Source: Minisyncoccota bacterium
GTDB lineage: Bacteria; Patescibacteriota; Minisyncoccia; UBA6257; JAAZHW01
DNA: 50,961 nt
Assembly: GCA_028696375.1 (NCBI GenBank)
Contig: JAQVHD010000001.1
Span: 1 to 50,961, forward strand
Reading direction: 5' to 3'
Shown here piece after piece: positions 1-8,809 of this stretch. Both the position numbers and the translations under genes were made by a program. The number at the start of each line of letters is the position of its first letter. Within the stretch, counting starts at the first letter, position 1. Below the pieces are notes generated by a model. That model was given only the letters and a program-made list of their open reading frames with translations, did not search any database and was not told the origin of the DNA.

Positions 1-34
1 CGACTCGCACTATACTATAGCAAAATACAAATTT

Positions 35-1018
35 ATGGCTAAAATAATCGATGGTTTTGTTTATCGCAACATTAACAAGGCTGCTCAATTATTAAGACGA
101 GGAGAGGTAATTGCTTTCCCTACGGAAACGGTTTATGGGTTAGGAGCTGATGTTTATAACAAAAAAGCCGTAGCTCAAATTTTTGAAATTAAAGAGCGAC
201 CATTTTTTGATCCTGTTATTGTTCATATTGCTAATTTAAAACAACTGGAAGAAGTCGCTCGGATTGAAGATGAAAGAATTTATCTGTTAGCTAAAAATTT
301 TTGGCCCGGACCGCTCACACTCGTTTTGCCTAAAGAAAAGAAAATCCCATATTTAGTTACGGCTGGATTAGATACAGTAGGCATCCGAATGCCTTCCAAT
401 GTTATTGCGTTGTCTTTAATTCAATCGCTTGGCCGCCCCATCGCAGCGCCGAGTGCCAATTTATTTACCCATTTGAGCCCCACAACAGCCGACCACGTCT
501 TTAAACAATTAGGTTCAAAAATAAAGATAATTTTAGATGGTGGCAAAACAATTTGTGGTGTGGAGTCGACAATTTTATTAATTAAAAAAAATGCGAGACC
601 AGTTTGTTTGAGAGCGGGCGGATTGCCAATTGAAGAAATTGAAAAAATTGTTGGCAAAGTTGAAGTTTCAAAAAAACAATCTTCAAAAGTTTTAGCGCCG
701 GGCAATTTAAAATTTCATTACGCTCCTCGTAAGCCTCTGATTATTGTTAAAAATGAAGAAGAAATTGTTGACCACTTCAAAGATTCTAAGAAAAAAAGGG
801 GTTTTTTGGCTTTTCAAAAAATTAAAAACAAAAAAATTTTTTCTGATTGGCGCATTCTTTCTCCTTCTGGTGATTTAAAAGAAGCAGCAAGTAATTTTTT
901 TGATTTTTTACATCAGTTGGATGAAGGTCCGGCCGAAATTATTTTTGCTGAAAAAGTGAAGGAAGTGGGATTGGGTCGAGCCATTATGGAACGCTTAAAT
1001 AAAGCTGCTCATCAATAA
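35..1018 (+). CDS. tsaC: L-threonylcarbamoyladenylate synthase, Sua5/YwlC type (t6A biosynthesis)
   Basis: 327-aa ORF. YrdC/TsaC-fold motifs are present (FPTETVYGLGAD, VGIRMP, PSAN). A C-terminal extension of about 120 aa is typical of the long Sua5 form. Confidence 0.85.
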   Translation: MAKIIDGFVYRNINKAAQLLRRGEVIAFPTETVYGLGADVYNKKAVAQIFEIKERPFFDPVIVHIANLKQLEEVARIEDERIYLLAKNFWPGPLTLVLPKEKKIPYLVTAGLDTVGIRMPSNVIALSLIQSLGRPIAAPSANLFTHLSPTTADHVFKQLGSKIKIILDGGKTICGVESTILLIKKNARPVCLRAGGLPIEEIEKIVGKVEVSKKQSSKVLAPGNLKFHYAPRKPLIIVKNEEEIVDHFKDSKKKRGFLAFQKIKNKKIFSDWRILSPSGDLKEAASNFFDFLHQLDEGPAEIIFAEKVKEVGLGRAIMERLNKAAHQ

Positions 1019-1476
1019 TGAATAAAAATTTAATGATCGTTGCGGCTATTATTATATTGGGATTAGTGATTATTGGAATCTATTTTTTGCAAAACAAAAA
1101 GCCCTCCGGAGAGGTTGTTTTTAAAAAACAGAATATTAAAGTTCAGGTGGAAATAGCCGACAATAGTTTAACCCAGACGCAGGGTTTAATGGATCGCAAA
1201 GAATTGCCGGAATTTTCGGGTATGCTTTTTGTTTTTCAAAATGAAGCGCCGCGTACTTTTTGGATGAAAAACACTTACTTTCCTTTGGATTTACTTTTTA
1301 TTTCTCATGATAAAAAAATTAAGGAGATTAAAGCCAATTTTGAGCCTTGTCCCGCTGGTCAAAATTGTCCGAGTTATCGCTCTCAAGAGAAAGCCCAGTA
1401 TGTTTTAGAAGTGAATGGCGGTTTTTGTGAAAGGCATCATGTTGAGGTTGGTGATGAGGTGGAGATTATTTTTTGA
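1018..1476 (+). CDS. DUF192 family protein with N-terminal membrane anchor
   Basis: 152-aa ORF whose ATG overlaps the tsaC stop (TAATG). It has an N-terminal TM helix and the DUF192-like core GMLFVF...FWMKNTYFPLDLLFI. Confidence 0.6.
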   Translation: MNKNLMIVAAIIILGLVIIGIYFLQNKKPSGEVVFKKQNIKVQVEIADNSLTQTQGLMDRKELPEFSGMLFVFQNEAPRTFWMKNTYFPLDLLFISHDKKIKEIKANFEPCPAGQNCPSYRSQEKAQYVLEVNGGFCERHHVEVGDEVEIIF

Positions 1477-1584
1477 AAATTAACTTGGTAAGTTATCCAC
1501 ATCTTGCATCGTAGGTTGTTTCTGATACAATAAAAGTGGAAAATAAAACACGCAATAAAAATATTTTCTAAAACAGAAAAAGGG

Positions 1585-2517
1585 ATGTTAGCAGAAAAAA
1601 TTTCCGATCACCTAAAAAATTTAGCGAAGAAAAGTCCGGCGATCAAACGACAATTTTACCTCTCGAAATGGGAACTTCACACAAAAGAAGATAAATTAAA
1701 TTCGGTTGATCCCCTTTTAGAAGACGAGCATACGAAAAAACGCGGTCTCATTTATAAATATCGAGGCCGCGTTTTAATTCTTTTAACGCTTTCTTGTGCT
1801 GCGTACTGTCGTTTTTGCACCCGACGGCGCTGTGTTTCTGAACTCGAAAAAGGACTTTTAACGAAAAAGGATATTGATGAAATTGCACGCTACATCAAAC
1901 AACATAAAGAAATAAAAGAGATTATTCTTTCTGGCGGTGATCCATTAACAGCGCCCAATCTTTCAGCTTATTCTTTAAAAGCTTTTTCCGCCTTACCGCA
2001 AATTAAAATTATTCGCATTGGAACGCGTGTTCCGGTTTCTAATCCAAAACTAGTTACCGATGATCTTTTGAAGCTTATTAGAAAAATTTCCCAACCTATT
2101 TATGTGGGTATTCATTTTGAACATCCTGATGAATTAACGCCAGAAACTATTAAAGCCTGCGAAAAATTGCGTAAAGCCGGAGCTATTTTATATAGTCAGA
2201 GTGTTTTTTTAAAAGGCGTTAATGACTCTTATGAAGTTTTATACGAGCTCTTTTCTCGTCTAATTGAAATCGGAGTAAAACCATATTATCTCTATCGTTG
2301 CGATCCAGTGCAGGGCATAGAACATTTTCGGGTGCCATTTGAAAAGGAAATAAAAATTGCTACTCAATTAAGAAAAAATTTATCCGGATTGGCTTGGCCA
2401 ACTTATGTAATCGACACGCCTAATGGCAATGGGAAAATTCCCGTACCGTTGGAATTTTGGCAATTTGATAAAAAGGAATTCAAAGACTTTTTAGGAAAAA
2501 AACACAAGGTAATTTGA
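1585..2517 (+). CDS. KamA/EpmB-family radical SAM lysine 2,3-aminomutase-like enzyme
   Basis: 310-aa ORF with the CxxxCxxC cluster motif in CAAYCRFCTRRR and the SGGDPL motif. Overall layout matches the KamA/YjeK family. It is shorter than KamA, closer to EpmB size. Confidence 0.8.
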   Translation: MLAEKISDHLKNLAKKSPAIKRQFYLSKWELHTKEDKLNSVDPLLEDEHTKKRGLIYKYRGRVLILLTLSCAAYCRFCTRRRCVSELEKGLLTKKDIDEIARYIKQHKEIKEIILSGGDPLTAPNLSAYSLKAFSALPQIKIIRIGTRVPVSNPKLVTDDLLKLIRKISQPIYVGIHFEHPDELTPETIKACEKLRKAGAILYSQSVFLKGVNDSYEVLYELFSRLIEIGVKPYYLYRCDPVQGIEHFRVPFEKEIKIATQLRKNLSGLAWPTYVIDTPNGNGKIPVPLEFWQFDKKEFKDFLGKKHKVI

Positions 2518-2549
2518 ATTTTCAATAAAACAGATTAGAGGTTGATCGA

Positions 2550-2586
2550 GGCGGCGGAAAATTTTCAAAGAAAATTTTCCGCCGCC
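2550..2586 (+). terminator. Intrinsic terminator-like hairpin; member of the GGCGGCG/TTTTC-AAA-GAAAA hairpin family
   Basis: ggcggcggaaaattttc-aaa-gaaaattttccgccgcc followed by TTTT, 33 nt after the aminomutase stop. Confidence 0.6.
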
Positions 2587-2633
2587 TTTTATATCGCCTT
2601 GAATCAGCAAAGAAAACGCATCAAATTATTTCC

Positions 2634-2662
2634 TTGACAAAATTTAAAAATCAATTAATATA
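2634..2662 (+). promoter_or_regulatory. Sigma70-like promoter for the 2724 gene
   Basis: TTGACA at 2634-2639, then a 16-17 nt spacer, then TAATAT/AATATA. AAGGAGG at 2711-2717 lies 6 nt before the ATG. Confidence 0.4.
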
Positions 2663-2723
2663 CAGGCAGACCTTTCACAAGGCTTTACAATAGATAATCT
2701 TAAAAAATTCAAGGAGGTTTCTC

Positions 2724-4145
2724 ATGAAAAAGTCTAGTTTGGTGGTTTTTTTGATTGTCGGTTTGGTTGTGCTGATGCTGCCTATGGCGGCTCAGCAGAA
2801 CCAAGGTGGGGAAATCGAGCTGAAAACTCTTGGACGAGCGCCGCTCGCGCCACATCTGCAAACAGCAGATGAGGTCAGAAGTGTTCTTAAAAAGAACACC
2901 GAAGCAGTAGGCAGAGCGTTGGATTATTTCCCGGGTGGAGCGTTGGGTGAATCGGTTTATCTGAAGTTGTATGAGCAAATTGATAACCTACCCATTCAGC
3001 AGCAGAAGATCCCTGTAGGACAAAAGATGTACTGGATGTTATATCGTAACGGCGGGCTGTTGAAAGGCGTTCGTTGGGCGGGGAATTCGTCCATTGATGC
3101 TTTCGTTTTCGAGTTAGAGGCCGAGGGAAAGTTATTCCAGTTTGCTGTACCAATCCGTTGTGGGAATGTTGCTTTGATGGAGATGAAAGAAATACCAGTT
3201 GCACCGGCACCAGTGACAATAGTTCAACCAGAACCAAAGCTGCAGCCGCAGGCTGAACCAAAACCAACTTCTCCGATGATAGTTCAAAGCCCAGCGCCAA
3301 CTCCAGTAGTTATTAAACACTGGTCGCCGACCGTGAAATTCAAAATTGGAAGCGGCTGGGCAAAAACAACTATGCCGTTAGATCAGAATTTGGAAAGTAG
3401 AGTTGATTTCTTTTCGTTGATTCCAGCAGAGATGTCCCTTTTCTACTGTGAAGATGGGACAGCAGCGTGGCTTTATTCGCCCACGCAAGATATTCCATTT
3501 ACTCTCGGCGAACAGATTGGACTTCACACGGCGCTTCAAACGAGCTCTACTAAAAAAATGCAGCCATTCTTTGCGGGACTGGAATTGGAATTCCTGAGGC
3601 ATGTATTTGTTACAGCTGATTATTTTCGTGTTGGAAAGTTCCAGTTGGAGGAGTATAGCCTAGTTGATCTCATGTCCATTACAGAATTGCGGCTGCTCGG
3701 TAGCTATAGTGGTACTGGTCTGGAAAGTTGTCCTCCGCCGACCTATGTTTATTACGTTGGATTGGAGCGGCAGCGGCGAGAACAGTTGATCCGGCAGGAC
3801 ATCAGAATTGAAGAGTGGTCAGTGGGGTTGAAATACGAGATCAAGCTGGCCAAAAGATTCTATGTTGCGCCAGCGGCTGGCGTAACGTGGCAGGAACAAC
3901 GCGGAACGCGGCAAAGAACTGAGGTGCTGACAGATCTTTATCCTTTTCAAGAGAGGGCATTAGCTCCCTCTCAAACGACTGAGACTCTAGAAAAGATTAA
4001 GAATTCGGTCGCCCACCCCTACGTAGGCGCCAGCGTAGAAGTCTGCTTCTTCCAAGCAGAAATCAGATACTTGTTTAAAGACTTCAATGAAGAAATTTTC
4101 ACCTCCCCTTGGCGCGTCCAAGGCAGTCTCGTTTTAAGATTTTAG
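2724..4145 (+). CDS. Secreted protein: signal peptide, unknown N-domain, Pro-rich linker, beta-rich C-domain ending in an OMP-like terminal Phe
   Basis: 473-aa ORF with a strong SD. Signal peptide MKKSSLVVFLIVGLVVLMLPMAAQQ and linker PVAPAPVTIVQPEPKLQPQAEPKPTSPMIVQSPAPTP. The C-terminus shows alternating hydrophobic patterning and ends ...GSLVLRF. G+C is clearly above its neighbours. Confidence 0.7.
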   Translation: MKKSSLVVFLIVGLVVLMLPMAAQQNQGGEIELKTLGRAPLAPHLQTADEVRSVLKKNTEAVGRALDYFPGGALGESVYLKLYEQIDNLPIQQQKIPVGQKMYWMLYRNGGLLKGVRWAGNSSIDAFVFELEAEGKLFQFAVPIRCGNVALMEMKEIPVAPAPVTIVQPEPKLQPQAEPKPTSPMIVQSPAPTPVVIKHWSPTVKFKIGSGWAKTTMPLDQNLESRVDFFSLIPAEMSLFYCEDGTAAWLYSPTQDIPFTLGEQIGLHTALQTSSTKKMQPFFAGLELEFLRHVFVTADYFRVGKFQLEEYSLVDLMSITELRLLGSYSGTGLESCPPPTYVYYVGLERQRREQLIRQDIRIEEWSVGLKYEIKLAKRFYVAPAAGVTWQEQRGTRQRTEVLTDLYPFQERALAPSQTTETLEKIKNSVAHPYVGASVEVCFFQAEIRYLFKDFNEEIFTSPWRVQGSLVLRF

Positions 4146-4165
4146 ATTTTAAAAAACAATCAAAA

Positions 4166-4189
4166 GCCCGTGACCAAAGGTCAACGGGC
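4166..4189. terminator. Bidirectional terminator hairpin between convergent genes
   Basis: gcccgtgacc-aaa-ggtcaacgggc flanked by an A-run upstream and a T-run downstream. Confidence 0.5.
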
Positions 4190-4226
4190 TTTTTTATTTT
4201 TTGATTTCTCGAACTTTTAAATTTTT

Positions 4227-4418
4227 TTATTTTTCCTCTACTTCAATGGCTTCAGCGGCGCAGGCATCAATGGCTGATTGCAATTTTTCTTCATCAATTT
4301 TTTTCACTTCCTTGACTTCTGCTTTGCCGTCTTCATCAAGATAAAACATCTCGGGATACAAAAACGTACAGCTGCCGCAGCCCAGACACTTATCTTTATT
4401 CACCTTAATTTTTTTCAT
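4227..4418 (-). CDS. Small ferredoxin (single Fe-S cluster type)
   Basis: I trimmed the start to the internal ATG (MKKIKVNKDKCLGCGSCTF...). This removes the overlap with the upstream NifU-like gene. A CxxCxxC motif plus a distal Cys are present, giving about 63 aa. Confidence 0.7.
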   Translation of the reverse strand: MKKIKVNKDKCLGCGSCTFLYPEMFYLDEDGKAEVKEVKKIDEEKLQSAIDACAAEAIEVEEK

Positions 4419-4440
4419 ATTAATTAATAGACAGAACGAC

Positions 4441-5118
4441 TTATAAATTGTATTTTTCTCGATAAAAACGAATGAGTTCTTCAACTAACGGAATACAGGT
4501 TGGATCACCTAAGCCAACTTTGGTTTTTTCTTGAACTTCTTCTAAGGTTCTAGCACCATCCAGTACTGCTTTTTCAATGTCTTTTTCTGTAATTTTCAAA
4601 ACTTTATCAATAACGCGACTGCCTTCGGGTTCAATTTTATCATATTGTCCGGTGCGGCGATAATAATCATTAATAGCGTCGCGGAGGGCCTTGTCGCCTA
4701 AAACAGAACAGTGATATTTAATATCAGGCAACCCGCCTAATTCCTTAATAATATCATTGGGCGTAATTTTGCGAGCTTTTTCCAGAGTCATTCCTCCATT
4801 CCGCAAAATCATCTCTGATAAAACCGAAGTGGAAGCAATGGCGGAAGCGCAGCCAAAAGTGCGCCAGCGGGCATCTTTGATTTTTTCTGTTTTGGGATCA
4901 ACCAAAATCCAGAATTTCATAACGTCGCCGCAAACTGGGCTGCCAATCATTCCCACGCCATTGTACTGAAATTTTTCTTCTTCGCCAGCTTTCATAAAAT
5001 TGCGCGGATGCAAAAAATGATCTTTAACAGTTTCGCTATAAACCCACGGATTTCCTTTAGTTAAAACATCAGCCTCTTTCTTTTTCTTGTTTGTTTTTTG
5101 AGTTGAAGTCTTTTTCAT
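4441..5118 (-). CDS. NifU/IscU-like Fe-S cluster scaffold protein
   Basis: 225 aa. IscU-type N-domain motifs are present (GSPVCGDVM, FGCASAIASTS, KYHCSVLG). A C-terminal BFD-like segment follows. The gene is translationally coupled to the desulfurase. Confidence 0.85.
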   Translation of the reverse strand: MKKTSTQKTNKKKKEADVLTKGNPWVYSETVKDHFLHPRNFMKAGEEEKFQYNGVGMIGSPVCGDVMKFWILVDPKTEKIKDARWRTFGCASAIASTSVLSEMILRNGGMTLEKARKITPNDIIKELGGLPDIKYHCSVLGDKALRDAINDYYRRTGQYDKIEPEGSRVIDKVLKITEKDIEKAVLDGARTLEEVQEKTKVGLGDPTCIPLVEELIRFYREKYNL

Positions 5119-6311
5119 GATTTTAATTTTAAAGAGATCGGCGATAACTCTCTTAATTCTTGAACGACCTTTTTTAATGCTTGAGTCAGGTAATTAATAT
5201 CTTTTTTGGTGGTGTCTTTACCAAGAGTGATTCTTAAACTGCCATGGATAAATTCATTAGGCAAACCAATGGCTTGGAGCACGTGGGAAGGTTGGAGGCT
5301 TTTTGAATGGCAAGCCGAGCCAGTTGAGGCGGCAATGCCATATTCATCAAGTTTTAAAACCAATGCCTCGCCTTCCACATCTAAAATCGTAAAATGGGCA
5401 TTATTCGGCAGGCGATTTTTTAAATCTCCATTAACAAAAACTTTGGGAATAGTTTCTAGAACATTTTTAATAAGATAATCCCGCAAAGATTTTAATCTTT
5501 GCGATTCTTTTTCTTTTTCTTTCTGAGCCAGCTCTAAGGCTGTAGCAAAACCAATAATGCCGGGAACATTTTCTGTACCTGATCGATAATTTTTTTCTTG
5601 ACCGCCGCCATGGATGATCGGTTTGATTTCTACTCCCTCTCTTTTATAGAGAATACCAGTTGCTTTAGGGCCATAAATTTTCCCCCCATTTAAACTCATT
5701 AAATCAACACCTAATTTATTAGCTTGAATATCTAAATAGCCGGCTGCTTGGCAAGCATCTGTATGAAAAAAGGGAAAGGCAGTCTGATGTTTCTGACGAA
5801 AATCTTTAATAATTTGTGCAATCTTGGGAATCGGTTCAATAACGCCAATTTCATTGTTGGCATACATAATTGAAACAAGGATTGTTTGTTCATCAATTAA
5901 TTGTTTTAATTGTTCTAAATCAACGAGTCCATTTTTTTGAACTTTCAAATAAGCAGTTTCAAAACCTTCTTTTTTTAAAGCCTTAGCTGTTTCTAGTCCG
6001 GCTGGATGTTCGATAGTGGAAATAATAATTTTGGGTCGGGCAAAGTTTTTTCGATAGAAATGGGCCGTGCCCTGCAAGGCAAGATTAACCGATTCAGTGC
6101 CGCCATTAGTAAAAATAATTTCTTTGGGTTGAGTGCGCAAAATATTAGCTACTTTGGCGCGAGCCGATTCGATAGCCTGCTTGGCTATACGACCTTCCAA
6201 ATAAAGCGAGGAAGGATTGCCAAATTGTTTTTGCCAAAATAGCTGCATGGCTTTAAGAACTTCTTTTCTCATTGGCGTAGTAGCAGCATAATCAAAGTAA
6301 TAGCGCTTCAT
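5115..6311 (-). CDS. Cysteine desulfurase (NifS/IscS class V aminotransferase)
   Basis: 398 aa with a PLP-lysine region (SLNGGKIYGPK), the active-site loop STGSACHS, and class V aminotransferase layout. Confidence 0.9.
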   Translation of the reverse strand: MKRYYFDYAATTPMRKEVLKAMQLFWQKQFGNPSSLYLEGRIAKQAIESARAKVANILRTQPKEIIFTNGGTESVNLALQGTAHFYRKNFARPKIIISTIEHPAGLETAKALKKEGFETAYLKVQKNGLVDLEQLKQLIDEQTILVSIMYANNEIGVIEPIPKIAQIIKDFRQKHQTAFPFFHTDACQAAGYLDIQANKLGVDLMSLNGGKIYGPKATGILYKREGVEIKPIIHGGGQEKNYRSGTENVPGIIGFATALELAQKEKEKESQRLKSLRDYLIKNVLETIPKVFVNGDLKNRLPNNAHFTILDVEGEALVLKLDEYGIAASTGSACHSKSLQPSHVLQAIGLPNEFIHGSLRITLGKDTTKKDINYLTQALKKVVQELRELSPISLKLKS

Positions 6312-6703
6312 GTAAGTTGAGAAATTTTTATGCGACTTAATTGAGAATTAAAATTTTTAGAAAGAGTATTCCAGCAATTTTTAAGAGAGCAATGCGGTTG
6401 GCACTGAGGAGAGCAATTAATAAGGGTTACTGGTCCTTCAAGAGTTTCGATAACATTTAAAAGAGAAATATGCTGGGGTTTAATTTTTAAGCGGTAGCCG
6501 CCGTTTTTCCCTTTTCGCGATTCGACAATTCCGTTTTTGACTAAGAGACGATTAATTTTTTGAAGATGGTAAAAAGAGGTTTTTGTTTGGTCGCAAAAAG
6601 AGCGCAAGCTAACAAAAGACGATTTTTCATTGCGTGCTAAATAAATGAGCCAGCGCAGAGCGAGTTCAATTTGTTTAGAAATTTTAATACTTTTGAAATT
6701 CAT
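6308..6703 (-). CDS. Rrf2-family transcriptional regulator (IscR-like)
   Basis: 131 aa with an N-terminal winged HTH (ALRWLIYLA...GIVESRKGKNGGYRL) and a C-terminal Cys cluster (CSPQCQPHC). It is the first gene of the Fe-S operon. Confidence 0.85.
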   Translation of the reverse strand: MNFKSIKISKQIELALRWLIYLARNEKSSFVSLRSFCDQTKTSFYHLQKINRLLVKNGIVESRKGKNGGYRLKIKPQHISLLNVIETLEGPVTLINCSPQCQPHCSLKNCWNTLSKNFNSQLSRIKISQLT

Positions 6704-6761
6704 ACTATTAAATACTTATTTTAAAAATAAATTAGCAGTTGTCAATGAAGGCAATAAAACA

Positions 6762-6805
6762 GTGCAACAAAAAGAAGAGGCGTACGCCTCTTCTTTTTGT
6801 TGCAC
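6762..6805 (-). terminator. 44-bp perfect palindrome/terminator
   Basis: gtgcaacaaaaagaagaggcg-ta-cgcctcttctttttgttgcac. On the minus strand a T-run follows. It sits between the 6816 gene and the Fe-S operon. Confidence 0.55.
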
Positions 6806-6815
6806 TAAACCGAAT

Positions 6816-7310
6816 TTATTTTATTACTGTATAAACAACCTGAACTTTCAATCCGCCGCCACCTTCTTCATAAAACATCTGAATGCTCATTGAATCTCGA
6901 CTTTTGGTGGCATAAATATTATAAATACCATTGTTATTCGCATTATTAACTATCGTCCATCCATTTTGGTTGAGGTAGGCAATAAATTTATCGGCATTTT
7001 CTTGAATTGATTTCTGAGAATAGAAAGCAACATTTGCTTGAGAAATCCCCGTTTCTTTATCTGTTCGTTGTGTTGATTGCACTAAAGAAGTGCCAATTTC
7101 AAATGGAAAATCTTGAGGAAAGATTGTTGGCGGCACATCACCAAAATCTTGTTCTAAAGCGGTTGGTTTTTCTATTGAAACTGTTGGTTGAGCAGTATTG
7201 CGACCAACGGTATATCCCACCAAGGCGGCAATAATAATTAAGACAATTGTGATCACCCAGCTCAATCCTTTCCCCCCTTTTTTTGGTTGTTGAACAGTTG
7301 TCTCGTTCAT
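6816..7310 (-). CDS. Hypothetical membrane-anchored protein
   Basis: 164-aa ORF with one N-terminal TM helix (LSWVITIVLIIIAALVGY). The extracytoplasmic domain has no motif I recognise. Confidence 0.55.
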   Translation of the reverse strand: MNETTVQQPKKGGKGLSWVITIVLIIIAALVGYTVGRNTAQPTVSIEKPTALEQDFGDVPPTIFPQDFPFEIGTSLVQSTQRTDKETGISQANVAFYSQKSIQENADKFIAYLNQNGWTIVNNANNNGIYNIYATKSRDSMSIQMFYEEGGGGLKVQVVYTVIK

Positions 7311-7313
7311 AAT

Positions 7314-7439
7314 TTACAAAGCCAAAAGAATAATGGCCAAAATAATGATAATCACAATCACGACCCAAACCCAGGCGCTACTTTTTTTTGGTTTTTCGGC
7401 CGTTGGTTGTGGTGTTGGATTTTGATTTTGTTCGTCCAT
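7314..7439 (-). CDS. Possible 41-aa single-pass membrane peptide
   Basis: Hand-translated ATG..TAA ORF: MDEQNQNPTPQPTAEKPKKSSAWVWVVIVIIIILAIILLAL. It resembles the N-terminus of the downstream 6816 gene. It is too short for the ORF track and has no other support. Confidence 0.25.
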   Translation of the reverse strand: MDEQNQNPTPQPTAEKPKKSSAWVWVVIVIIIILAIILLAL

Positions 7440-7568
7440 AATAAATTAAAAAAAGTTAAAATCGACCTTGCCTCTCTTTTATTATACTCCAAAAATAAAA
7501 GTCAACCAAGTAGCTTGTGGATAAGAAATCTCTTTTTATTCTCTAAAAAAAGGAGTAAAATAAAGAAA

Positions 7569-8102
7569 ATGAAGGAAGGTAACAAAGGTTTTACATTAAT
7601 AGAAATGTTAGTAGTCACAGGAGTCGTGATTTTATTAAGCGGCATTTTAATTTTATATTCTCGGGCAGGTGATCAGGTTAGTTTGATTTTACGAGCGCGC
7701 ACTCAAGTTATTGCAGATATTAATCGAGCTAAAAATCTGGCTATTACAGCGCAGGGCTGGAATGGTCGGTATACCTGTGGTTATGGTGTTTATTTCGACC
7801 CACCTAACAATCGCTATATTATTTTTACTGAAGTAGTGAGTAATTGTGAAACCGCCGATCATATTCGTCGAGGAAGCGAGTACGATGTCGAGGTAATCCC
7901 CGTGCCCAATCAATTTATTTTGGCGGCGTCCAATGTTAGTCAGGTCTTTTTCATGCCGCCTGATCCGACAATTTTTTTTGAACCATCAGAGATTAATCAA
8001 CCAGATATTGAACAAGCAGAGATTGATTTTTATTTAGTTAATCAAACCAATCCAGCGTTTCAAATCTTTATTAATCCCATTGGTCAGGTGTGGGGGATGT
8101 AA
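7569..8102 (+). CDS. Type IV pilin/pseudopilin-like protein (prepilin N-terminal cleavage/methylation motif)
   Basis: I moved the start to the in-frame ATG, giving MKEGNKGFTLIEMLVVTGVVILL. This is the class III signal G/FTLIE followed by a hydrophobic helix. Confidence 0.75.
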   Translation: MKEGNKGFTLIEMLVVTGVVILLSGILILYSRAGDQVSLILRARTQVIADINRAKNLAITAQGWNGRYTCGYGVYFDPPNNRYIIFTEVVSNCETADHIRRGSEYDVEVIPVPNQFILAASNVSQVFFMPPDPTIFFEPSEINQPDIEQAEIDFYLVNQTNPAFQIFINPIGQVWGM

Positions 8103-8309
8103 AAAATTCAAAATTCAAAGGTCAAATCTCAAAACGACGAAGAGGGGATGAAATTAAAAATCGAAAATCAAAATGGCAATAAACGATAACGAAAGTTCGA
8201 AAGGCAGAAGTTATATCTGCCGGCAGTCAAGAATAAAAACTTATTAAATCTACGAATTACGAATAATAATAAATTTAACATTTACGAAAGGGCGAGCATA
8301 AATTTAGCA

Positions 8310-8807
8310 ATGAAAAATCAAAGAGAAAAAAATAATAAAGGATTTAGTTTGGTTGAAGTGATGGTGAGCATCGGTGTTATTTTAGTAGGTTTTACGGGAG
8401 CTTTAACTTTAATTAACCGTTCCATAGCTTTTCATGATTTAGCTTATAGTCGTTTGACGGCATCTTATTTAGCTCAAGAAGGAATTGAGATTGTGAGAAA
8501 TCTTCGAGATAAGAACATTATTAACGATCAAGAATGGAACAATGGCTTAAACTCAGGCACTTATCAAGTGCAATATAATTCCCCCTCGCTTAGCCTTTAT
8601 ACGGGAGAAAATTTATTACTGGATTCAGTATCAGGTGTTTATACTTATGATGCTAACGAGAATACTCGGGCAACGCGCTACAATCGTCGAATCGAAATCC
8701 AAGTTATTTCTCCTGATGAAATCCAAGTGAATTCTATTGTTCATTGGAGTAATCGCGGTGGAGATTTCGAAATTAACGTCGAAGATCACTTGTTTAAATG
8801 GCTCTAA
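8310..8807 (+). CDS. Pseudopilin-like protein
   Basis: N-terminus ...NKGFSLVEVMVSIGVILVGF, a prepilin-type motif. Confidence 0.75.
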   Translation: MKNQREKNNKGFSLVEVMVSIGVILVGFTGALTLINRSIAFHDLAYSRLTASYLAQEGIEIVRNLRDKNIINDQEWNNGLNSGTYQVQYNSPSLSLYTGENLLLDSVSGVYTYDANENTRATRYNRRIEIQVISPDEIQVNSIVHWSNRGGDFEINVEDHLFKWL

Positions 8808-8809
8808 AT

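Noticed and set aside
2709-3602. Several minus-strand ORFs (2709-2978, 2887-3300, 3132-3320, 3378-3602).
   Set aside because: All are antisense within the high-G+C 473-aa gene. That gene has a promoter, SD, signal peptide and coherent domain layout. The antisense ORFs have none of these.
4419-4484. Longer 85-aa version of the ferredoxin ORF.
   Set aside because: The extra 22 codons overlap the 3' end of the NifU-like gene and add a non-ferredoxin hydrophobic segment. The internal ATG gives a typical ferredoxin of about 63 aa.
7287-7568. N-terminal 94 codons of the 271-aa pilin ORF, and the overlapping 7138-7368 (-) ORF.
   Set aside because: The extension has low-complexity, non-pilin sequence and overlaps the divergent membrane-protein gene. 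The prepilin motif must sit near the N-terminus, which fits the ATG at 7569.
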